Shown: positions 51,497 to 61,243 of the stretch, one piece after another
Numbering within the stretch: position 1 is the first letter of the stretch
Layout: every line of letters starts with the position of its first letter
Origin: Nitrospirota bacterium
Lineage (GTDB): Bacteria > Nitrospirota > UBA9217
Assembly: GCA_963796285.1 (NCBI GenBank)
Contig: CAWCKW010000012.1
Coordinates: 1,991,635 to 2,055,634 of the forward strand
Reading direction: 5' to 3'
Length of the DNA: 64,000 nt
Position numbers and translations under genes: made by a program
The notes under the pieces: model-generated
Databases searched by the model: none
What the model saw: only the letters and a program-made list of their open reading frames with translations
What the model was told of the DNA's origin: nothing

Positions 51497-52348
51497 TCAT
51501 TTCATCGCCGTTGCAACTGCCGCTGCCAATGAGGTCGTCGGCCTGTTGATGATCTTACTCAATTGACGGCCATCGTCGAACAGGGCGCCCTTGGAAATAC
51601 CCGTGTCTGAATCGGCGAGCATTGCAGCGACCGGTTCCGGCAATCCGGCTTTCACGAGAACGTTCCTGTACTCGGCCTCCGGCATATTCACGTACCCGAT
51701 ATTTTTGCCCGATTGGCGCGAGATCTCATTTGCCAGCTCCGCCATTGTGTAGGCAGTATCGCCGGCCAATTCATAGACCCGTCCTGCCTGTTTTTCAGCA
51801 ATCAACACATAAGCCGCCGCTTCCGCGTAGTCGATGCGGCCGGCCGAGGCAACGCGCCCTTCCCCGGCGCAGCCGTACACTGCGCCCTGCGCCAGAGTGT
51901 TGGATAAGCCCGCGGTATAGTTTTCCGTATACCAGCTGTTGCGCAACAGCGTAAAGGGAACGCCGGAGGCGCGGATCAATGCCTCGGTCTCTTTATGTTC
52001 AACGGCAAGACCCAGCAGCGAGGTGTCGGCGCGCAGGATGCTGGTGTAGGCCAGAAGTTTTACGCCTGCCCGTTTGGCCGCGTCGATGACGGAACGATGC
52101 TGTCTCGCGCGCTGCCCGAGCTCGCTGGAAGAGATAAGCAATACTTTGTCCGCGCCCTTCAGTGCAGCGTCCCACAGCGGAGGCTGGTTGTAATCGGCGT
52201 AGCGCACTTCTACGCCCAATGCCGCAATGTCCCTGGCCTTTTCAACATTTCTCACCGCAACGACGATGCCGGATGCAGGCACTTTTTTGAGCAGTGCCGC
52301 GATGACCAGACGTCCCAAATGCCCGGTTGCTCCAGTAACAACGATCAT
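51497..52348 (-). CDS. NmrA-like NAD(P)H:quinone oxidoreductase (QorB/YtfG-like)
   Basis: MIVVTGATGHLG, LLISSSE, LRNSWYTEN, YELAGD. Confidence 0.88.
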   Translation of the reverse strand: MIVVTGATGHLGRLVIAALLKKVPASGIVVAVRNVEKARDIAALGVEVRYADYNQPPLWDAALKGADKVLLISSSELGQRARQHRSVIDAAKRAGVKLLAYTSILRADTSLLGLAVEHKETEALIRASGVPFTLLRNSWYTENYTAGLSNTLAQGAVYGCAGEGRVASAGRIDYAEAAAYVLIAEKQAGRVYELAGDTAYTMAELANEISRQSGKNIGYVNMPEAEYRNVLVKAGLPEPVAAMLADSDTGISKGALFDDGRQLSKIINRPTTSLAAAVATAMK

Positions 52349-52375
52349 ATAAGCTCCTTTCGACGAGACGATAGG

Positions 52376-52431
52376 GGTTGTCCGCCTCCAGCATTTCCCG
52401 GTAGGCGATCTCCTTTCCTCCCCCGTCATAG
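52376..52431 (-). pseudogene. internally deleted ChaN gene remnant (YDGGGKEIAYREMLEADN)
   Basis: joins two separate segments of the 49750-50598 protein. Confidence 0.7.
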
Positions 52432-53012
52432 CGGCGCGTGTTCCACCGCCATACTACAAGGATAGCATAACCGGAGGCACACCCGGGATGTTCCGGATCC
52501 GTGCCGTGTCCGCGTCTCCGGGGAAACTGTCCCTCTTTTTCCCTCCTCATGATATCTTTGGCTCGACAAGACCCGGCCGGGCACCTTTTGCCCACAAAAC
52601 AGCAGAACAGTTCCTGTTTGGTCCAGGATGACGACGGAACCAAAAGGATGTCCTGCCGGTCGCAGGCAAAATAAACTGGTTATAACTGTAATTATAGGTT
52701 GCTATTGCCGGACCACAAACGTAGCATAACTCAGAGGATCTCGAAGCAATTGTGTCCGAAATGAGATCCTCAGATAGAAGACAAGCAATAGGAACAAAAG
52801 GCCCGTTATCTGCCGCGACCAGCGTGCCTGGATGAATTGGAATTATCGCAGTCGGAGATCGCGCGACATGCAAGGGGATACAGGGGAAGTCCATTGCGGA
52901 TCCAACGCTCCACGACAAGGCAATGCGCCCCAAATGCAGTTAAACGAGTATCGAGTATTACAAGGAGAAGAACATGGGAACTAACCGGTTACTACAAGGC
53001 GAGGCACCTCAA

Positions 53013-54752
53013 ATGCGTTTATCTATCAAAAAAATCATATTCAGTGCGTTGTTCCTGGTCTCCATAGCGATCGCCGGGTGCAACTCCTTGACTTCGAATC
53101 AGGTCGCCAGCATCGGCATAGGCGGCACGGTCACCGGGCTTACCGGCACCGTAGTGCTGCAGGACAACGGCGGCGACGACCTCACTATTCAGGCCAACGG
53201 CAGCTTTGGCTTTGTCACGATCATCCAGGACGGCAGCCCCTACAACGTCACCGTCAGCACCCAGCCCATCGGGCAGACCTGTATCGTGAGCAACGGCACC
53301 GGCACTGTCCAGGGCTCCTCCGACCATTCCCATGTGGCAGTGGCCTGCTCCGCCAATTCATACACCGTGGGCGGCACGATCTCCGGGCTTACCGGCACCG
53401 TGGTCCTGCAAGACAACAATGCCGATGATCTCACCCTTGCGGCCAATGGCGTCTTCACCTTTGCCACACCCGTCCAAAACAACACCTACAACGTCACCGT
53501 CCTGACGCAGCCCACGGAGCAGATCTGCAGTGTGAGCGCGGGCGCGGGCATTGTCTCCGGGGGCAACGTCGCCAACGTGGTTGTCGTCTGCTCCACCAAT
53601 TCCTACAACGTGGGCGGCATGGTCTCCGGGCTTACCGGCACCGTGGTGCTGCAAGACAACAATGCCGATGATCTCACCCTTGTGTCCAACGGCGTCTTCA
53701 CCTTTGCCACCCAGGTCGCCGACAGCAGCCCCTTCAGCGTGACCGTCCTGACCCAGCCGATCGGCCGGAGTTGCAGCGTGGCCAGCGGAACCGGCCTGAT
53801 CGCGTCAGCCGACGTTGCCACGGTAGCCATCACCTGCGCCGTCAACACCTATACCATCGGCGGCACGGTCTCCGGGATGACCGGCAACGTGCACTTGCAG
53901 AATAACACCAGCGACGACCTCAACGTCTTTAGCAACGGCACCTTCACCTTCGCGACTGCCGTGGCCTATGGCAATCCCTATAGCGTGACCGTGTGGTCCC
54001 TGAGTACCGCGGAGCAGACGTACACCATAACCAACGGCAGCGGCGCGGCCACGGCCAACGTCCATGACGTGACGATCGATGTGGTCCCCTGCACTATTGG
54101 ATTTGCCAATTGCGATATGGACAATTCGAACGGCTGCGAGATCGACACGCAGACAGACATGACCAACTGCGGCAACTGCGGTTCTGCATGTAAATTGACT
54201 GACAGTTGTGTCGCGGGCGTATGCACAGCCCCACCCTGTACCATGGACGCAGATTGCCCCGGCCCCGGAGCAACGTGCTCGAGCGGTGTATGCATAGCCG
54301 GATGTTCGTCTGCCTCGGACTGCGCTGGAACGGACACGGCGTGCCAGACACGTACCTGCACGGCGGGCATCTGCGGATTATCCTATATGGCGGCCGGTAC
54401 GAGCTGCGATGATGTGAGCGCCTGTACGACGGGTGATGTCTGCAACGGCAGCGGCACTTGTGCGGGCTGGCCTTCGGTCACCTGCGATGATAGCAGCGCG
54501 TGCACCACTGATGCGTGCGATGCTGTGCTGGGCTGTACCCATGCGCCCTTGACCGGCGGGGCCTGCGATGACGGAAATCCGTGTACTGTCAGCGATTCGT
54601 GTTCGGCTGGCGCCTGCGTGGGATCTAATGTTGCAGACGGCTTGAGCTGCGGTGGCGGATCGACCTGCCATAGCGGCGTGTGCGCGATCCCCTGCACGGG
54701 TAATGAAGATTGCACATTCGGTGTATGTCGTGGCGGCCTATGCCAGCCTTAG
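53013..54752 (+). CDS. lipoprotein with four ~83-aa beta-rich repeats and a Cys-rich C-terminal region
   Basis: IAGC lipobox; GGT.SGL.G.V.LQ.N..DDL....NG.F.F x4; NCGNCGSAC and CDDGNPCT-type repeats. Confidence 0.85.
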   Translation: MRLSIKKIIFSALFLVSIAIAGCNSLTSNQVASIGIGGTVTGLTGTVVLQDNGGDDLTIQANGSFGFVTIIQDGSPYNVTVSTQPIGQTCIVSNGTGTVQGSSDHSHVAVACSANSYTVGGTISGLTGTVVLQDNNADDLTLAANGVFTFATPVQNNTYNVTVLTQPTEQICSVSAGAGIVSGGNVANVVVVCSTNSYNVGGMVSGLTGTVVLQDNNADDLTLVSNGVFTFATQVADSSPFSVTVLTQPIGRSCSVASGTGLIASADVATVAITCAVNTYTIGGTVSGMTGNVHLQNNTSDDLNVFSNGTFTFATAVAYGNPYSVTVWSLSTAEQTYTITNGSGAATANVHDVTIDVVPCTIGFANCDMDNSNGCEIDTQTDMTNCGNCGSACKLTDSCVAGVCTAPPCTMDADCPGPGATCSSGVCIAGCSSASDCAGTDTACQTRTCTAGICGLSYMAAGTSCDDVSACTTGDVCNGSGTCAGWPSVTCDDSSACTTDACDAVLGCTHAPLTGGACDDGNPCTVSDSCSAGACVGSNVADGLSCGGGSTCHSGVCAIPCTGNEDCTFGVCRGGLCQP

Positions 54753-54850
54753 CCGGTCGTGAGCGCGCATTGAACAGTTGTCATTGACAACGGACAGCAA
54801 ATGAATGGAAGGGCTTACCGGCTGTTGCAAAAGTAGAAGATTCGGGATAC

Positions 54851-54921
54851 TGTTATTCCAGGCGTGGCGAAGGATCTTTCATTGCGAATACGTGAGATCC
54901 TTCGCTTCGTTCAGGAGGGAC
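54851..54921. repeat. REP-like palindrome (GCGAAGGATCT...AGATCCTTCGC)
   Basis: perfect 11-bp inverted repeat (54867-54877 / 54895-54905) inside a degenerate longer one. Confidence 0.6.
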
Positions 54922-55006
54922 TTTGGGGGCCTTTGGGGCAGGTCTTTACTGTTTATATCATTGCCCGTTGGCTCAGGATTTGACTGCTATATAAGATCTC
55001 CGGTTT

Positions 55007-55876
55007 TTATCGCTTCATTGCCAGCACCTTATACACTGCCATGAAATCCTCTTCCGCCATGCCGTTCCGCACGGCAAGCGCATAGAGCTCCTTTGCCGCG
55101 TTCATCCCCGGCAGCGCTGCCCCGATCTCGAAGGCGGTTTCCGAGGCAAGGTGCAGGTCCTTGTGCATCCACTGGAGCGGGAACTCCACGGAATAGTCAG
55201 CCTTCTCGAACTTCTGACGCTTGGTGTTCAGGAAGGGCGCCGTGACCGGCGACGTCGCCAGCGTTTCGAACATAGCCTGTTTGGTCATGCCAAGCGATTC
55301 GCCGAAGGCCAGCGCCTCGCAGAAGGCCGTCATCGCCTGGCCCAGGATGATATTGTTCACCATCTTCATGGCAGAGCCCATGCCGTGGCCGCCCATCGGG
55401 AAGACCGCCTTGCCCATGGCCTCGAGGAGCGGGCGGGCGGCATCCACATCCTCGTTGCGGCCTCCAACGAAGAACACGAGCTGTCCTGCCGCGGCAGGCC
55501 CCTTGGATCCGGCCACCGGCGCGTCGAGGAAACGGATCTTGCGCGCGGCCGCCTCTCCTGCCATGAGGCGGGAGAACGACGGGTTCACGGTCGAGCAGTC
55601 GATCCAGAGCGAGTCAGGAAGCATGGCATCGAGAAAGGAATGCTTCCCGTGCAGGGCGACCTCGGCAACGGCATCGGGCTTCGAAAGCATCGTAATGATG
55701 ACTGGGACCCGTCGGCCGAGGTCCGCAGGCGTGTCCGCCCACGAGGCTCCCTGGTCCAGGAGCGGCTTTGCCTTTTCACGGGTGCGGTTGTAGAGCACGA
55801 GTTCGTGGCCTTTCTTCAACAGATTGGCGGCCATGCGGCTGCCCATGATGCCCATTCCGATGAACCCGATCTTCAT
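55007..55876 (-). CDS. beta-hydroxyacid dehydrogenase (3-hydroxyisobutyrate DH family)
   Basis: MKIGFIGMGIMG, DCSTV, FLDAPVAGS, MKMVNN, KDL.LA. Confidence 0.9.
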   Translation of the reverse strand: MKIGFIGMGIMGSRMAANLLKKGHELVLYNRTREKAKPLLDQGASWADTPADLGRRVPVIITMLSKPDAVAEVALHGKHSFLDAMLPDSLWIDCSTVNPSFSRLMAGEAAARKIRFLDAPVAGSKGPAAAGQLVFFVGGRNEDVDAARPLLEAMGKAVFPMGGHGMGSAMKMVNNIILGQAMTAFCEALAFGESLGMTKQAMFETLATSPVTAPFLNTKRQKFEKADYSVEFPLQWMHKDLHLASETAFEIGAALPGMNAAKELYALAVRNGMAEEDFMAVYKVLAMKR

Positions 55877-55986
55877 GGTGGACCTCCTTATTTGATTTTT
55901 ATTATAGCAGTATAGCAGCCTATGATGCAAAAAGCGGTATAATCAAAGTACCTGTTTCTATTTCCTCAAACAATCGGAGGTAAACC

Positions 55987-56187
55987 ATGATCAAGGGCCT
56001 ATTAGCAGCAGCTGCAAGCGTACTGATGACATCCACGGCTTATGCTCAAATGAATGGCGGTCAAGGTGGTGAAATGATGAAAGGCGGTGGTTCGGGATGG
56101 GGAATGGGTTATTATGGTTGGGCTTCCGGGACCATTCTCGTGATTTTTGTTGTTTTGATTGTCGCTTATATTGTGAAACGAAAGTAA
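55987..56187 (+). CDS. small Gly/Met-rich membrane protein with signal peptide
   Basis: GGAGG RBS; signal peptide, MMKGGG.GWG, C-terminal TM. Confidence 0.7.
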   Translation: MIKGLLAAAASVLMTSTAYAQMNGGQGGEMMKGGGSGWGMGYYGWASGTILVIFVVLIVAYIVKRK

Positions 56188-56240
56188 AGCCTGAACTTAG
56201 AAACGGCATTTGCCACGGATTAATGCGCAAGTCTTTAGAG

Positions 56241-56972
56241 TCAAGTCTTCAACAGCTCAATACTCTGTCCCATCCCTTCCTTTCCTGCGTCCAGTTCGAG
56301 GACCACCCGGACTGCGGGCCTTCTCCTGATCAGTTCTTTCAACGCCTCGATCTCTCTACATCCCGGCACGAGCGGCAAGTGGTCCTTGATGCCGAACCGA
56401 TCCTCTGCCTTGTGGTGCACATGCGCGAAGTGGACGCGCGAAATGAGCCGATCAGGCATTGTGCGGATGAACGAAATGGAGTCAATAGCAGCGGACTCAA
56501 GATGGCCGATGTCGATCGTGATTGAAACACTCTCACGGGCCGGGACCACGAACCGCTCCCAGAACCGGATTATATCGCCGGAGTTGAAAGAGTTCTCTAT
56601 CGAAACATGACACAAGCCGCTTATCTCGGCGAGATTCCTTTCAAACATCGCTTCTTCAGCAGCCGAAATCCTCGTCCCGTCCGCGCCACCCTCGTCGTGG
56701 ACGATAATACCAAGGTCGCTTGCCGCCGCCAGCCGACGCATAACATTCATGGTTTGAGCAGCCTGTAGTGTCGTCAACGGGTATTCGAGCGGATGGAACA
56801 CGGTCCTGATGCCAAGCGTTTTGCAGACGGCGGCGATCTCGATCGCTTCCGTTACCGCCCGCTCACCAACTGCAATGTCCCAGGCAGCAGTGCGCCACAG
56901 CGAAATCTGCGCGAATGCAAGGGGCTGCAGGCCAACGTCTTGAGGTCGTATGATTCGATAGCCTAATTCCAT
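56241..56972 (-). CDS. xylose-isomerase-like TIM-barrel protein
   Basis: VFHP, SIENS, TIDIGH, HVH, DHLPL, VLE metal-ligand pattern. Confidence 0.7.
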   Translation of the reverse strand: MELGYRIIRPQDVGLQPLAFAQISLWRTAAWDIAVGERAVTEAIEIAAVCKTLGIRTVFHPLEYPLTTLQAAQTMNVMRRLAAASDLGIIVHDEGGADGTRISAAEEAMFERNLAEISGLCHVSIENSFNSGDIIRFWERFVVPARESVSITIDIGHLESAAIDSISFIRTMPDRLISRVHFAHVHHKAEDRFGIKDHLPLVPGCREIEALKELIRRRPAVRVVLELDAGKEGMGQSIELLKT

Positions 56973-57117
56973 ATGGTTCCTGATTCCATAGAATCCGCCG
57001 AACAATTGTCAAGCCGCAAGACTGACCCTAAAGGTTCCCTTGGCAAATCCAGCTGTACCGTTTGTTGACATGTGCGAGGATCCTGAGAAATGCTTCTCGG
57101 TTGGCATCGTCCTTGAA

Positions 57118-58172
57118 TCAGAACATTTTTTCAACTGTCCGGCCAAATCCTCCGGCGAGTTGAAGATCAGTTCCGTCTGGAGCATTTTCTGCAGAAAGTA
57201 ATCGTCGTTCCGGTAGTTGGGATAGAGGTTCTGGCGGCTGACGATCTTGAACACACATCGATGTCCCTCGCCCGGGCGCGCTGTGCCGGACGGAGTAGAG
57301 CGCATAGTTGAAGCTCACATGGCCGAGACGTTCGTAAGAAGAAGGACCTTCGAGATCCCTGGGCACAGTGCCTCAGATCGTCCATCCGAAAGCGCCCCGA
57401 AGTCGCTTGCCCTCTCGTGTATTGCCGTCATCTCGTTGCTCCCCAAGGGAGAAAACGCGGTCAGCCAGTGCCAGCGCCCGTGTTTCGTGACATACCGCAC
57501 GCCGCTCCTTTTTTCTTCCTCGACCAGGTCGCTGAAATAGGCCGTCCGATTTTTCGTGATATCGGCTGCAGGCTTCGATCATGCCGGGCATGATAGGAAT
57601 ATGCCACCGGTGTAAGCAAGCATCTGCACGTGCGGATGGACCAGGCTTGCGCCCCCGGGGAAAAGATAATTGGCGTTGATCGTGGAAAAGCTGCGGATTC
57701 GTCCGTAGCGGTAGCACGGTGAATAAAGTCCTACGCACCGCAATCATGCCGTCCGCGAGCCTTGGGGAACGAACTCTGAAAGTTTCAGGAAGTGCGCTGC
57801 TGCTGAGCGCATGACCGGGTGGTATTTCCCCACGGCAAAGAGGTTCGCGAACAGCAGCGGCCTCCCCTCTGCCTATGCTGTCCTTCGGGAACGAGCTCGG
57901 GCGGATATGCGGCGTGGTCTTGCTCATATACGCTCTCTCTGCAGAAGATGCAGGTCTTGGAGCTTTCGTCCGCGAGGTTCCGTATCAGCTCGGGGTCGTT
58001 ATCTCGCCGAAGAATGCCTTTGTCTTGTCCTTCAGAAAGGGATTATAGACGCTCGTGTCCCCCAGGAGCGGGTCCTTGCGCACTTCCACCCGTGTGCTCC
58101 TCAGGAGCAAAGCTGTTGAACGGGTTCAGGATCGTAAGGTTGATGAGATTTTTTCGAAGCGATGTTGCCCAT
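57118..58172 (-). pseudogene. GalT/HIT-like nucleotidyltransferase gene with multiple frameshifts
   Basis: fragments EVRKDPLLG, FANLFAVGKYH, INANYL, WLTAFSPLG, SFNYALYS spread over several frames. Confidence 0.55.
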
Positions 58173-58195
58173 TGAGCCCCCTGGTCCATTCATCC

Positions 58196-58918
58196 TCATT
58201 TCTTCCCGATCGGCATAAGGTAGAGCGGCTTTCCGTCCAGGAAGATGCATAACGGCTCTCACCTGTCCGTCTTGGAACGCTCCGATGACAACGTCCCCGA
58301 GACCCAGGGACACCGCCTCGAAGAAAGACGTTCTGTGCAACATGGCCGGCCTCCATATGCGCGTACCGGAGCCTCCTCCCCGTTTATATTGACCGTCATC
58401 CTTTCATACACAGCGGAGAATACAAGTATCGTGCGGCATTCTTGATCGATGATTCGCCCAGGCCGCCTTGCTTAATTTCATTCTTGCGTCGTCCTTCCAG
58501 CGATCCTGCTCAAGCTCATGTTTGCTGCGGGTCGTAGGAATAGATGCCGTGCGGAAAAGCCGGTAACGTTGCCGGCAACAACGTAAAGCATCAAGCGGGT
58601 ACAAAGCTCCTGCAGAAGAGCGGTCCGCCTTCCCCCGCGTCCGAAATGCCCTGGGCTGCCAGAGAAGCTGTGATAGGTCTTGAAGCGATATCGGAGGTTT
58701 TTATATATCGCAATAACCACGTCGTGCAAGGCTTTTTCTATTGAGGTCTGACTGTCACAGAGCGGCTCCGGCAGCTTTAAAGATCCCGGGTATTGTCTGC
58801 AGCACTGTTCGAGATGAGGGATTGGGCCCGTTGTAATAAAGGCGTGAGAGTACAGAAAAACAGGAAATGGATTCGAAAGCCTCACAGGGTAACCTCGAGC
58901 GGTTGAAGATGAGGACAT
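58196..58918 (-). pseudogene. SagB/ThcOx-family nitroreductase with multiple frameshifts
   Basis: KLPEP, SIEKAL, SQLLWAAQG, YVVAGNV, HMEAGHVAQNV, SLGLG.VVIGAF, LMPIGK across frames. Confidence 0.7.
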
Positions 58919-59093
58919 ACTAATATTGTAGCATCGGATTTTTGCCGGCTTTCCGATGGCCATACTGGTTCCTCTTCTGTTTGCGGCAACGAGTAACGAT
59001 GATCTATAATCAGGTCATAGAATGCAGTTCATGAACAGTCGTCACTTAAGTGCGGAAAAGTTGCAGGTATCCCTTGTTTCAGTGATGAAAAGC

Positions 59094-59330
59094 ATGTACA
59101 CTGAACGGATCGATGTCATAGCCTATTCAGGCCGCAAGGGCGATGAGCGTCCCGCGACCTTCATCCTCCGGGGGCTGCGCATCGATGTTGTTGAAATCAT
59201 AGACAGCTGGATCGAGGAAGGGTTAAAAGACCTGGCACGGAAGCGGTTCTTCCGGGTCAAGGGAAGCGATAAAAACACGCACCGGATATTTTACAGCGAG
59301 GATGACCTGGAATGTGGCATTACGCGCCGC
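59094..59330 (+). CDS. small conserved-type hypothetical protein (AYSGRKGDERP..F...W.E...FRVKG.D); 3' end probably frameshifted, end approximate
   Basis: protein-like up to ~LE at 59310, then similarity is lost. Confidence 0.5.
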
Positions 59331-59990
59331 ACCATCCAAAGAAGCAATAACCGCGCTCGTGCAAGGGTATCCGGGCAGGTTCTCCACCGAGCTCGGCATC
59401 GATCTTTCTGCAAGGCGCTCCCAGGAGATCTTCAGGTGGTTCCTTGCGTCCGTTCTCTTCGGTGCACGCATATCGGATAGCATCGTTGAAAAGACCTTCC
59501 ATGGTTCGCCGACCGGGCATCGTCGTCGCCGGAAACCATCCTCGATACGGGTTGGGACGGCCTCGTGGCGATCCTCGATGCGGGCGGCGACGTGCGGTAC
59601 GACTTCAAGACCGCGACAAAACTGTTGGACATGTGCAAGGTCGCTGACGGAGGCTACGGCGCTGATCTCGCAAATCTCCACGACATCTGCGGCAGACCCG
59701 ACAGACCTCGAACAGAGGCTCACCTCCCTTGCAAAGGGCATCGGAGACGTGACCGTGAACATCTTCCTCAGGGAGATGCGCAGCATATGGGAAAAGGCAG
59801 ATCCCCTTCCCTCGGACCTGGTCATCATGGCAGCAAGGGAAAGGGGCATCGTCCCGAAGGCCGTAAAGGACCGGGCAAAGACCCTCCAACTCCTGATGGA
59901 TGCGTGGAAAGAAGCAGGGAGGAAGAAAAAGGATTTTACGGACTTTGAGGCGCACTGGTGCGGGCGGGAATAGAGCTGCGGAGGAAAAAG
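59302..59990 (+). pseudogene. HhH-GPD-like hypothetical protein, frameshifted
   Basis: FSTELGIDL, FRWFLASVLFGARI, ILDAGG.VRYDFKTA, KGIG.VTVNIFLRE in alternating frames. Confidence 0.55.
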
Positions 59991-60215
59991 CGAAGCTGAT
60001 AAAACATCCAACGCAAAAGGTGCAACAACGTCACGTTGTATCTTCATAGCAGAAAAATGGCGGGATGACAAGAAAGTAGGCCTGACCCTGCTAGTTTCCC
60101 GGGAGTCATTAGCTTCCTAAGGAGCATTCCTCTCGTTAGAGCATCCGCATCTCCAACGGGTGATCGGCGAACTCCATCGCCATCATTCAAACAAAAACAT
60201 ATTAAGCCATGGCAA

Positions 60216-60476
60216 TCAAAGGTCCGGAGCCGGAACGATCAGTCTAAGCGGCTTCTTGGTTTTCTTCGGCATCATACGCTTCGGAGGCTTTTGTTTTCTT
60301 CTCCTCGGCTGTTTCCGCCGGAGCATCTTCCTCCTCGGGTTCCTGTCTCCCGCCCCAAACGCCTGGCTAATACTTCTGTTCCGATCGAGCCAATCATCAA
60401 GGTCCCGAACGGGGATTCCGTTCCTTGACTTAAACAGTTCATAGGCAATTGCTGCGATTTCATCATGGAGATTCAT
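60216..60476 (-). CDS. DUF2934-like protein with Lys-rich tail (probably frameshifted)
   Basis: EIAAIAYELF..R......DLDDWL; AGGAG RBS. Confidence 0.55.
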   Translation of the reverse strand: MNLHDEIAAIAYELFKSRNGIPVRDLDDWLDRNRSISQAFGAGDRNPRRKMLRRKQPRRRKQKPPKRMMPKKTKKPLRLIVPAPDL

Positions 60477-61243
60477 TTTTGTCCTCCTTGCTCCACCTGG
60501 GACTACCGCGCAAGAGGTGCAGTCCCGCACAGCCGTCACACCAAGTCCTCCGCCTGCGCCCACTATGGTATATTTTAGCACATTTACGCTTTCCTGATCA
60601 TGCTCTGGTGATCTTCATCATATCGGATGGAGTAAGCAGAAGGTATCATGGATCAGTAGAGGACCTATGTTGTGCTGCCCCTTTTGCGATAACCGCCTGG
60701 AAGAATCTACCGATCTTGGATGGGCCTGCCAATGCGGAGAGATGATACCTTTTGGATTGGAAAAGGATGATAACGAGAATTGCGAGAGTTGAGCGAGAGA
60801 TTGTCCGAGAAGGAAGTAGGGCAGATCAAACAACGCAACGGGTGCAACAACGTCACGCTGTATCTTCTTCGATGCGTAAAGGGCGGGCCATAGGGGAAGA
60901 ATAGCAAAGCAAAATGAAAAGTAAACATTAAAGACCTGACCCAAGATGTTTGATACGCATCTGATCAACGCCCTCTCTGTCTCCTTCTCGGAAATAGAAC
61001 TAGTAGGGAGACACAAAGCATGCATGTAATCCCATCGACGCCTGTTCCTGATGCACCGCTTTCTGCAGTTCATGCCCGCTGGATTCAAGCAGGCCCCAAG
61101 CCGATAATTGTCCCCACTCACTGACATGGATATGCCTGACCACGCTGTTGGCGATTCTTTTCTTCTCATCCTTCGTGATAGCCACGCACATAATGCTTTG
61201 TGCAATATCCGGAATACAGCAGCCGGTGTTATGACATTTTTCA

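Noticed and set aside
52500-52970. Long intergenic region upstream of the Cys-rich lipoprotein as a riboswitch or gene
   Set aside because: No recognisable riboswitch motif or credible ORF
60590-61240. Possible gene(s) between the DUF2934-like gene and glmS
   Set aside because: Fragmented frames in an error-prone region, with no identifiable motifs
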